From Okamejei kenojei (Eukaryota), in NCBI GenBank assembly GCA_035221665.1, contig CM069144.1:61814001-61878000 (forward strand): a stretch of DNA of 64,000 bases. The letters run 5' to 3'. Every line of letters begins with the position of its first letter. Positions within the stretch are counted from its first letter, which is position 1. The notes below the pieces were generated by a model. It was not told the DNA's origin, searched no databases, and saw only the letters and a list, made by a program, of their open reading frames with translations. Made by a program: the position numbers and the translations under genes. Below are positions 1 to 9,988 of this stretch, in pieces.

Positions 1-984
1 TGCCCGAAGGGCTTTGTCCAATTATTTACGGCTGGGGTCAGCGAACCACAAGGTAGGGTCCCACCCTTTAATAACCAAGTTTATGAAGGGCGTTTTTAAC
101 TCCACTCCACCTAAAGCTAGGTACACACATATGGGATGTCAGTGTAGTCCTCACACTGCACCAGTTTCATCTCTGTCCCTACACCATCTTGCACTCAAAG
201 TGGTCATGCTCATGGCGCTGGCCTCAGCACAATGGGTCCAGACGCTACAAAAACTCAGACTGGACAGTATGGGTTCTTCCTGCAAGAACATCACCTTTTT
301 CGTTCGGGATCTCGTCAAGCAGAGCAGGCCAGGGGTACAGGGGCTCAAATTGAGTTTTATGGCATACCCCTCAGATCCACGAGTGTGTGTAGTATCATCT
401 ATAACCCAATACATAAAGGTCACCAAGAGCTTGAGAGGCTCGGAACTCTCCTTCTTTGTCAGCTACACCAAATCTCACAAACAGGTTATGGTGCAGACCA
501 TCTCTGGATGGATTAAGCAGGTTCTGGCGTGAGTGGACACTGACATTTTTAAACCTCATTCCACCAGGGCTGCATCGACATCAGCAGCAAGGGATATGGA
601 CGTGCCTCTTGACCACATTCTTGCGGCTGCGGGATGGTCGAATGAAAGGACGTACCAGAGGTTTTGTAATAAGCCTATCGCCAGATCCGGGATTTATGCT
701 GATTCTGTCTTAAGTTCTGTGTCACAGTTTCCCCGTGGGTGAAAGGGGTTACTGTTTATTTTCTTTCTTGTAATTAAAGCATTAGTATTGTTAAACATGT
801 CATGTTTTGAATGCATTAATTTTCTCACTCGTCCTGGTCAATTGATGCAGCTGTGACGCGTGGCCTCGTTCCTCGGCATGAAATCACAGACCTTCAAAGC
901 CTCCACGTAGTCATGTGACTCCGAAGTAAAATAGTAAGATTAAATGAGAACTTACCAGTTTGAAGTTTGATCGTTATTTTATGA
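1..984 (+). mobile_element. DIRS1-like retrotransposon 3' part, truncated within its internal complementary region (ICR)
   Basis: Recombinase remnant followed by a 3' UTR and ICR (gtgactccgaagtaaaatagtaagattaaatgagaacttaccagtttgaagtttgatc) nearly identical to 15045-15290; joined directly to the type-A intron at ~984. Confidence 0.85.
14..742 (+). pseudogene. DIRS-type tyrosine recombinase C-terminal half, disrupted
   Basis: ORFs 14..532 and 533..742 give HPLITKFMKGVFN...LKVVMLMALASAQ...TISGWIKQVL and FKPHSTRAASTS...ILAAAGWSNERTYQRF, the HSTR/GW box motifs of DIRS recombinases; frameshifts and a stop are present. Confidence 0.85.
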
Positions 985-1169
985 CCGTTAAATAAAATAA
1001 TTATGTCACAAATATAATATCCAATTTTGAAAGGATGTGGTAAGAGATTAATTATTGAAGGCAAACATGTTGCCTTCAAAACAACCAAAATGAACTCCAG
1101 GATGGGAAATGCCATCAGATAATCCATTGGAGAATGCCATCAGATATTGCATTTTTGACAGCTTCCTAC

Positions 1170-1296
1170 CATCACAAAGCGCCGGGTTGGTTACGTTGGT
1201 TCTGAAGCCTGAACCACAACTGCACGTGAAGCTTCCGATTGTGTTGTTGCAGATTTGTTGGCATTTGGAGGTGTTGGTTTGCACATTCATTGATAT
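1170..1296 (-). pseudogene. cbEGF exon A1, 127 nt with a 1-nt insertion (frameshifted exon or sequencing error)
   Basis: ttctcctag|ATATCAATGAATGTGCAAACC...TGTGATG|gtaggaag; plus strand reads ggtttgcac where all other A/B copies read ggttgcac. Confidence 0.75.
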
Positions 1297-2146
1297 CTAG
1301 GAGAAAATGCCCCATTATTTCATTTTTCAACAAAAAGCTGAACGTCAAATTGCATCACATTTTTTATATATCATCATGCTATCTTGTGTCAAAGTGCTCT
1401 TCCTAATGAAAATACAATTTATTTCTCCATAACATTGACTCAGCACAATCATTTTAATTGAAGTCTGAAATGAAATTGATCCTAGCACACAAGCTCACAG
1501 CAAATCATCATAAATCTCCAGTTAATAAACTTGCCAGATAATCGTTTGTTGAATGAAGACCTGTAGATTATGTAGGTCAAATGTAGGTGGCGTGGAGAAG
1601 AGAGCAGTGGGCAGCGAGGAGAGGAATAGAAGAAAAGAGAAAGGGGTGAATACCAGGTACCGACTGATAAAGTTGGGAGTACTTGACCAACATACCGTTT
1701 GGTAAAGGGATTGCATTGCAGAGGAGCTGACTGTATGATGGGGGAGCGAGAGACCCTCAGACTGGATGGCGTGAAGGGCAGAGAACTACAAGCTATAGGA
1801 TTGTATGACAAGCAGTAAGGAGGTAACATGGAGACAGATTGCATAATGTTTAGTGTTAAGGGTTTGATATGAGGCCGTCATTTAAAATGGAGGAAGCTGG
1901 AGATGAATTGGGAACTTTCTGATTGCACAGAGGTGGGACTGAAATAGGACACATGATTACAGGGTGCTGGGGTTGGGAGCGTTGGTGCAGTGAATGAACT
2001 AGAATGAGTAGTTGACTTGCCTGGGAGGAATAACAGTTTAACATCATCATAAAATCTATTTGGTCACTTTTGGAACAAGGTGATCCAAGTTCACCTGCAA
2101 TATTTAAAAAGCAGCATGCAATGGAGATTAACAAATGTAATAAAAT

Positions 2147-2191
2147 AGATTTGTGCACAGTTTGACATATTAGTCACACATTGATCAATAT
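2147..2191 (-). pseudogene. Truncated cbEGF exon remnant, type D (other copies start near 8178, 30288, 54949, 61102 and 63575)
   Basis: Acceptor ttgtttccttcag| followed in phase 1 by DIDQCVTNMSNCAQI, matching [15 protein letters not shown]; similarity ends before Cys3 and no matching donor is seen. Confidence 0.7.
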
Positions 2192-2671
2192 CTGAAGGAA
2201 ACAATCCAATCACACCAGACTCAAACAAAAACAAAACTGCTGGAAGATCCCAACCAGTCAAGTGGCTTCTGTGAAAATAGAGACCAGTTGGCATTTTGGT
2301 TCAATGATCCTTTCTCAGGATGAGGTTAGAGTGGGGGTTTACAGTTTTAAAAGCAGAGCCAGAGAAAGGAGTGGTGTGTTAGAGAAAAGATGGAAATGAA
2401 ATAGGATTAGGTGTTAAAGGAGCAAGCATACAAGCGTTAGCAAGGTATTTTACAAATACAATTGAAAAATGAACAAATGCCTGATCATTAAATAAAATAA
2501 TGATGCAGCAAATATTTAACCTAATTTCAAATGGTTGTGGTAAGTGATTAACTGTTGAAGATAAACATGTTGCCTTAAAAACAATCAAAGTGAACCCTCG
2601 AATCAGAAATCCCCTAAGCTAATCCATTGGAGAATGCCATCAGATAGTCTGCATGTTTGACAGCTTCCTAC

Positions 2672-2797
2672 CATCACAAAGCGCAGGGTCGTTCACATTG
2701 GTGCTGAAGCCTGGACCACAACTGCACATAAAGCTTCCGATTGTGTTGGTGCAGATTTGTTGACATTTGGAGGTGTTGGTTGCACATTCATCGATGT
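2672..2797 (-). CDS. cbEGF domain exon B1 ([42 protein letters not shown])
   Basis: 126 nt, ttttgtcctag| ... G|gtagga, phase 1-1; six Cys, D-I-D-E calcium motif, C-x-N-x4-F-x-C-x-C hydroxylation consensus. Confidence 0.88.
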
Positions 2798-3077
2798 CTA
2801 GGACAAAATAACCCATTATTTCATTTTACAACAAATACTGAACATGCCAAATTTCATCACATTTCTAATATATCATCATGCTAAATTGTGTGTCAAAGTC
2901 CTCTTCCTAATGAATAGAAATGTTATTTCTCCATAACATTAATTTAGCACAATCATTTTAATTGAAGTCTGAAATAAAATCGATCCGACCACACAAGCTC
3001 ACAGCAAATGATCATGAATATCCAGTTAATAATTTTACCAGATAACCATTGCTGAATGAAGACCTGTAGATTATGTA

Positions 3078-3492
3078 CAGTGCCCTCCCTAATGTTTGGG
3101 ACAAAGAACGATCATTTATTTATTTGCCTCTGTACTCCACAATTTGAGATTTTTAATAGAAAAAAAATCACATGTGATTAAAGTGCACATTGTCAGATTT
3201 TAATAAAGGCCATTTTTATATATTTTGGTTTCACCATGTAGAAATTACAGCAGTGTTTATACATAGTCCCCCCATTTCAGGGCACCATAATGTTTGGGAC
3301 ATAGCAATGTCATGTAAATTAAAGTAGTCATGTTTAATATTTTGTTGCATATCCCTTGTATGCAATGACTGCTTGAAGTCTCCAATTCATGGACATCACC
3401 AGTTGCTGGGTGTCTTCTCTGGTGATGCTCTGCCAGGCCTGCATTGCAGCCATCTTTAGCTTTTGCTTGTTTTGGGGGGGTCGTCCCCTTCA
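3078..3492 (-). mobile_element. Tc1/mariner (IR/DR type) end, truncated by a deletion
   Basis: TA|CAGTGCCCTCC terminus inserted at a TA that is empty in the paralogous A intron (gattatgTAggtc); internal direct repeat taatgtttgggaca occurs twice. Confidence 0.85.
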
Positions 3493-3618
3493 GTGAATTT
3501 ATAATGGGAAACAAGCAGACCAGTTAAACAAGTACTTCACTAAAGAAGACACAATCTCCTAGAAATACTAGGGGACCAAGGATCTAGCGTGACGATGGAC
3601 TGAAAGAAATTCACATAA

Positions 3619-3924
3619 AGGGCCTGTTCCACTGTATGCGGTAATTCAAGAGTTCTCCCGAGTTTCCCCCGATTCGAACTCTGAGAACTACAGTAATAGC
3701 CATTCATAGGCACTCGGGGCTCTCGTGGACATTTTTCACAGTGCTGAAAAAACTTCACGAGTTACCGCGTTTCCCGAGTACCTGCCATTAGCATTACGAA
3801 CCACTACGAGATACCCACGAGCTCCAGCGTAGCCGTTACGTACATTGTACGTACTTGCCACGAGTTAGAATTTTTTTTAACTCGGGAGAGCTCTTGAATT
3901 ACCTCGTACAGTGGGACAGGCCCT
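3619..3924. mobile_element. PIF/Harbinger-like MITE 1
   Basis: ~45-bp imperfect TIRs agggcctgttccactgta...tcaagagttctcccgagtt / aactcgggagagctcttga...tacagtgggacaggccct; flanked by TAA and TTA. Confidence 0.75.
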
Positions 3925-4110
3925 TTAGTCATGAAAATGGTATTAGGTAAACTGTTTGGACTGAAGGAAGATAAATCCCCATGGCTTGATGGTCTGCATC
4001 CTAGAATACTCAAGGAGGTGGCCCTAGAAATTGTGGATGCATTGGTGATCATTTTCCAATGTTCTTTAAACTCTGGATCCGTTCCTGTGGACTGGAGGGT
4101 AGCTATGTAA

Positions 4111-4655
4111 AGGGGCTGTCCCATTGCGGCGACCTAATTGGTGAGTTTAGGAGAGTTTGAAAAAAAATCATGTTGAAGACCTCCTTCGACTATGTAGAAG
4201 ACTTTGTTTGACCTCCTTCGACTATGTTGATGACCAGCTTCGACTAGCTTCAGGAAAATTGGACACCGAATACTGGAGAGTGAAGACAATCTATCTACAA
4301 CCTCCCTTCGACCTCCCTTTGACGATATTGAAGACTATCTACGACTACCTTCGACTACCTTTGATTACCTTTGACTGCCCTCGATTACCTATGAATAATA
4401 TGCCAACCAACTACGACATCGACTAAATCTATGAGTAAAAAAAGGATTGATTTTTTCCATGGCAACCTTTTTTTACTCGTGGGCAGTTTTCAACATGTTG
4501 AAAAATACGCAGCGACCTAGCTGAGGCTTCGAGTACGCGGGGACTCTCGACCATGAAGGAGAGTTACAAAGACCTCCTAGGACCTCATGTCGACCATGCT
4601 GTGAGTATGAGGCGAGGGCAAACTCGCCAGAACTCGCCGCAGTGGGACAGCCCCT
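4111..4655. mobile_element. PIF/Harbinger-like MITE 2 with internal ccttcgacta-type repeats
   Basis: TIRs aggggctgtcccattgcggcga / tcgccgcagtgggacagcccct; flanked by TAA and TTA. Confidence 0.75.
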
Positions 4656-4948
4656 TTAAGAAAGGAGGGAGAGGGAAAACTGAGAGTTATAGACCAGATA
4701 TCCTGGTCTATAATACATTGGTATTAGGGTAGATGCTTGAGACGATTATTAAAGATATAATAGCAGCGCATTTGGAAAGCAGTGACAGGATCGGTCAAAG
4801 TCAGCATGGATTTATGAAGGGGATATCATGCTTGACTAATCTTCTGGAATTTTTTGAGGACGTAACAAGTAGAATGGATAAGGGAGAGCCAGTGTATGTG
4901 GTTTATCTAGAGTTTCAAAAAGCCTTTGACAAGGTCTCACACAAGAGA

Positions 4949-5807
4949 GTGGCGGCGCTGCCCTGGCAGCAGCGGCTCACCTGCAGTCCGTCTGTTTTTC
5001 TTTTTTTTTTTTGTTTTCTTGTCTTATTTTAGCGTTAATTTGAGTTATTAAGCAGTTTATGTGTGTGGGAGTGGTGGGAGAAACGTTTTTAGTCTCTTCC
5101 TTTTGGGGGGGACGCGACTTTTCTTGTTGTATCCCCCATCTCCGTCTCCGTCTGCGCTGAGGCCTAACTGCGCTGACAGCCTCCAACTGCGACTGACCTC
5201 GAGGCTCTGGAGGCAGAGCCAGCCAGGACTTACCAGCGCGGGGCTGGCCGACTTCGGGGCTGTGGCAGGTTCAAGCGTTCCGGCGTTCCGGCGGCCAGAC
5301 TCGGAGCTGTGGTGGCTTTCCGGTGGCGGTGGCGGTGGCGGCAGCAGCGACCTCGGAGGTTCGGCCGCGGGCCCAGTGGACGACATCGTCGGGAGCTCGC
5401 AGGTCACAGGTTGGTGACCTGTTTTTCCGGAGCTCCCGCGGCAACAGCTGCGTCCGCTGGACTGGAGGGCGGCAGCTTCGGCAGCTTCGACCGCCGCGGA
5501 TTTGAACCAGCCCGCTCACGGAGCGCGGTTCACCCGCGGGACTTATTTACATCACCCGGTGCGGTCACAACATCGGACGCCCGGGTCGCCTCAGCGCAGA
5601 GGAAGAGGAAGAACAAGAAGGGAAGAGACAAAGACAAGATTTTTGCCTTCCATCACAGTGAGGAGGTGTCTGGTGAACTCACTGTGGTGGATGTTAAATA
5701 TGTGTTTATTGTGTGTTTTGTTATTTACTATATGTATGACTGCAGGCAACGAAATTTCGTTCAGACCACAAGGTCTGAATGACAATAAAGTTTTCCATGA
5801 TTCCATG
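4949..5807 (+). mobile_element. GC/CpG-rich non-autonomous retroposon with a Rex1/Babar-like 3' tail
   Basis: Interrupts CR1 with an aagaga target duplication; ends aatttcgttcagacc-acaa-ggtctgaatgacaataaag plus (ttccatga)2; family assignment is inference. Confidence 0.6.
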
Positions 5808-7157
5808 AAGAGATTAGTGTGCAAAATTAGAGCATATGATCTTGGGGGTAGGTATTCACATGGATAGAGAACTGGTTGGCAGACAGGAAGCAAAGAGTAG
5901 GAATTAATGGGTCCTTTTCAGAATGGCAGACAGTGGCTAGTGGGATGCCGCAAGGCTCAGTGATGGGACCCCAGTATTTATATTTAGACAAAGGAATTAA
6001 ATGTAACATCTCCAAGTTTGCGGGTGACACAAAGCTGGGGGCAATGTGAGCTGCGAGGAGGATGCTATGCAAAGTGACTTGGATAGGTTGGATGAATGGG
6101 CAGATGCATGGCAGATGCAGTATACTGTGGATAATGTGAGGTTTTCCACTTTGCTGGCAAGAACAAGAAGGCAGGTTATTGGCTGAATGTGTCAGATTAG
6201 AAGGGGAGGTGCAACGAGACCCATATCTCCTTGTGCATCAGACACTGAAGGTAAGCACGCAGGTACAGCAGGCAGTGAAGAAAGCAAATGAAAGTTGGCC
6301 TTCATAGCGAGAAAATTTGAGTATAGGAGCAAGGAAGTCCTACTGCAGTTGTACAGGGCCTTGGTGAGACCGCACCTGGACTATTGTGTACAGTTTTGGT
6401 CTCCTAATTTGAGGAAGGACATTCTTGCTATTGAAGAAGTGCAGCGTAGGTTCACCAGGTTAATTCCTGGGATGGTAGGATTGACATACAATGAAACACT
6501 GGCATTTAGATGGATGAGAGGATTATTGTGAAACATATATTCTTAAGGGATTGGACAGGCTAGATGCAGGAAAAATGTTCCCCATGTTGGGGGAGTCCAG
6601 AACCAGAGGTCACAGTTCTCAATGAGACTCACAGGTGGAAAAATGTTTTCCGCCAGAGATATATGAATCTGTGGAATTCTATGCCATTGAAGACAGTGGA
6701 GACTTTGGATGTATTCAAGAAAGAGTTATATATAGTTCTTATGGCTAACAGAATCAAGGGATATGGGGAAAAAGCAGGAACAATGTACTGATTCTGGATG
6801 ATCAGCCATAATCATATTGAATGGTGGTTCTGGCTCAAAGGGCCAAATGGCCTGCTCCTTCACCTATTTTATATGTTTCTATGAAATAGGATTACGTGAT
6901 AAAGGAGCAAGAGTACTGGCTGTTAGAAAGGTATTTTACACCGACAATTAAATAATGGAAAAAAAAACCCGACCGTTAAATAAAATAATTACGTCACAAA
7001 TATAATATCCAATTTTGAAAGGATGTGGTAAGAGATTAATTATTGAAGGCAAACATGTTGCCTTCAAAACAACCAAAATGAACTCCAGGATGGGAAATGC
7101 CATCAGATAATCCATTGGAGAATGCCATCAGATATTGCATTTTTGACAGCTTCCTAC

Positions 7158-7283
7158 CATCACAAAGCGCCGGGTTGGTTACGTTGGTTCTGAAGCCTGA
7201 ACCACAACTGCACGTGAAGCTTCCGATTGTGTTGTTGCAGATTTGTTGGCATTTGGAGGTGTTGGTTGCACATTCATTGATAT
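7158..7283 (-). CDS. cbEGF domain exon A2 ([42 protein letters not shown])
   Basis: 126 nt, AG/GT bounded, phase 1-1, lies inside ORF 7036..7335; six Cys and cbEGF consensus. Confidence 0.9.
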
Positions 7284-8656
7284 CTAGGAGAAAATGCCCC
7301 ATTATTTCATTTTTCAACAAAAAGCTGAACGTCAAATTTCATCACATTTTTAATATATCATCATGCTATCTTGTGTCAAAGTGCTCTTCCTAATGAAAAT
7401 ACAATTTATTTCTCCATAACATTGATTCAGCACAATCATTTTAATTGAAGTCTGAAATGAAATTGATCCTAGCACACAAGCTCACAGCAAATCATCATAA
7501 ATCTCCAGTTAATAAACTTGCCAGATAACCGTTGTTGAATGAAGACCTGTAGATTATGTAGGTCAAATGTAGGTGGCGTGGAGAAGAGAGCAGTGGGCAG
7601 CGAGGAGAGGAATAGAAGAAAAGAGAAAGGGGGTGAATACCAGGTACCGACTGATAAAGTTGGGAGTACTTGACCAACATACCGTTTGGTAAAGGGATTG
7701 CATTGCAGAGGAGCTGACTGTATGATGGGGGAGCGAGAGACCCTCAGACTGGATGGCGTGAAGGGCAGAGAACTACAAGCTATAGCATTGCATGAAAAAC
7801 AGTAAGCAGGTAACATGGAGACAGATTGCATAATGTTTAGTGTTCAGGGTTCGATATGAGGCCGTCATTTAAAATGGAGGAAGCTGGAGATGAATTGGGA
7901 ACTTTCTGATTGCACAGAGGTGGGACTGAAATAGGACACATGATTACAGGGTGCTGGGGTTGGGAGCTTTGGTGCAGTGAATGAACTAGAATGAGTAGTT
8001 GACTTGCCTGGGAGGAATAACAGTGTAACATCATCATAAAATCTATTTGGTCACTTTTGGAACAAGGTGATCCAAGTTCACCTGCAATATTTAAAAAGCA
8101 GCATGCAATGGAGATTAACAAATGTAATAAAATAGATTTGTGCACAGTTTGACATATTAGTCACACATTGATCAATATCTGAAGGAAACAATCCAATCAC
8201 ACCAGACTCAAACAAAAACAAAACTGCTGGAAGATCCCAACCAGTCAAGTGGCTTCTGTGAAAATAGAGACCAGTTGGCAGTTTGGTTCAATGATCCTTT
8301 CTCAGGATGAGGTTAGAGTGGGGGTTTACAGTTTTAAAAGCAGAGCCAGAGAAAGGAGTGGTGTGTTAGAGAAAAGATGGAAATGAAATAGGATCAGGTG
8401 TTAAAGGAGCAAGCATACAAGCGTTAGCAAGGTATTTTACAAATACAATTGAAAAATTAACAAAAGCCTGATCATTAAATAAAATAATGATGTAGCAAAT
8501 ATTTAACCTAATTTCAAATGGTTGTGGTAAGTGATTAACTGTTGAAGAGAAACATGTTGCCTTAAAAACAATCAGAGTGAACCATCGTCAGAAATCCCCT
8601 AAGCTAATCCATTGGAGAATGCCATCAGATAGTCTGCATGTTTGACAGCTTCCTAC

Positions 8657-8782
8657 CATCACAAAGCGCAGGGTCGTTCACATTGGTGCTGAAGCCTGGA
8701 CCACAACTGCACACGAAGCTTCCGATTGTGTTGGTGCAGATTTGTTGACATTTGGAGGTGTTGGTTGCACATTCATCGATGT
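8657..8782 (-). CDS. cbEGF domain exon B2 ([42 protein letters not shown])
   Basis: 126 nt, AG/GT bounded, phase 1-1, six Cys. Confidence 0.88.
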
Positions 8783-9062
8783 CTAGGACAGAATAACCCA
8801 TTATTTCATTTTACAACAAATACTGAACATGCCAAATTTCATCACATTTCTAATATATCATCATGCTAAATTGTGTGTCAAAGTCCTCTTCCTAATGAAT
8901 AGAAATGTTATTTCTCCATAACATTAATTTAGCACAATCATTTTAATTGAAGTCTGAAATAAAATTGATCCGACCACACAAGCCCACAGTAAATGATCAT
9001 GAATATCCAGTTAATAATTTTACCAGATAACCTTTGCTGAATGAAGACCTGTAGATTATGTA

Positions 9063-9988
9063 CAGTACCCTCCCTAATGTTTGGGAGAAAGAACGATCAT
9101 TTATTTATTTGCCTCTATAGTCCCCCCATTTCAGGGCACCATAATGTTTGGGACATGGCAATGTCATGTAAATGAAAGTAGTCACGTTTAATATTTTGTT
9201 GCATATCTTTTGTGTGCAATGATTGCATGAAGTCTCCAATTCATGGACATCACCAGTTGCTGGGTGTCTTCTCTGGTGATGCTCTGCCAGGCCTGTATTG
9301 CAGCCATCTTTAGCTTTTGCTTGTTTTGGGGGGTTGTCCCCTTCAGTTTTCTCTTCAGCATATAAAAGGCATGCTCAATAGGGTTCAGATCAGGTGATTG
9401 ACTTGGGCACTCAAGAATTGACCCATTTTAAGCTTTGAAAAACTCCTTTGTTGCTTTAGCAGTATGCTTGGGATCATTGTCTTGTTATAGAATGAACCAC
9501 TGGCCAATGAGTTTTGAGGCATTTGTTTGAACTTGAGCAGATAGGATGTGTCGATACAATTCAGTATTCATTACGCTACTACCATCAGCAGTTGTATCAT
9601 CAATGAAGATAACTGAGCCAGTTCCTTCAGCAGCCATGCATGCCCAGGCCATAACACCCCCACCACTCTGTTTCACAGATGAGGTAGTATGCTTTGGATC
9701 ATGGCAGTTCCTTCTCTCCTCCATACGTTGCTCATACAATTACTCTGATATAAGTTAATCTTCATCTCATCTGTCCAAAATACTTTTTTTCCAGAACTGT
9801 GCTTACTCTTTTAAGTACTTCTTTCAAAATGTAACCTGGCCATCCTAATTTTGCGACTAACCAGTTTGCATCTTGCAGTTTAGCCTCTGTATTTCTGTTC
9901 ATGACGTTTTCTGCGGGCAGTGGTCATTGATACATCCACACCTGACTCATGTAGAGTGTTTCTGATCTGTCGTATAGGTGTTTGTGGA
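9063..9988 (-). mobile_element. Tc1-like transposon remnant with a DDE transposase fragment
   Basis: ORF 9485..9739 PKHTTSSVKQSGGGVMAWACMAAEGTG...YRHIL; TA|CAGT terminus; interrupted by DIRS at 9989. Confidence 0.88.

Larger units (their letters stand above)
3493..6883 (+). mobile_element. Decayed CR1 LINE ORF2 and 3' end with three nested insertions
   Basis: Fragments [62 protein letters not shown]; 3' tail ctatgtttctatg. Confidence 0.9.

Noticed and set aside
2095-2191. Type D read as a complete exon ending at CAG|GTGAAC
   Set aside because: It would be 97 nt, frame-breaking, and lacks the EGF Cys3-Cys6 spacing
4170-4425. Short imperfect repeats (ccttcgacta) that could suggest a CRISPR-like array, and ORF 4157..4426
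   Set aside because: Irregular, no unique spacers, lies inside a TIR-bounded MITE in eukaryotic DNA
4977-5893. Cluster of overlapping 60-160 aa ORFs on both strands (repeated in four copies)
   Set aside because: Expected in GC-rich, stop-poor sequence; frames are broken differently between copies; no domain motif
7036-7393. Full-length ORFs around exon A (MTFSFLLKNE... and antisense MPSDNPLE...)
   Set aside because: Only the AG/GT-bounded 126 nt is EGF; the flanks are intron read-through and the plus-strand ORF is its antisense shadow
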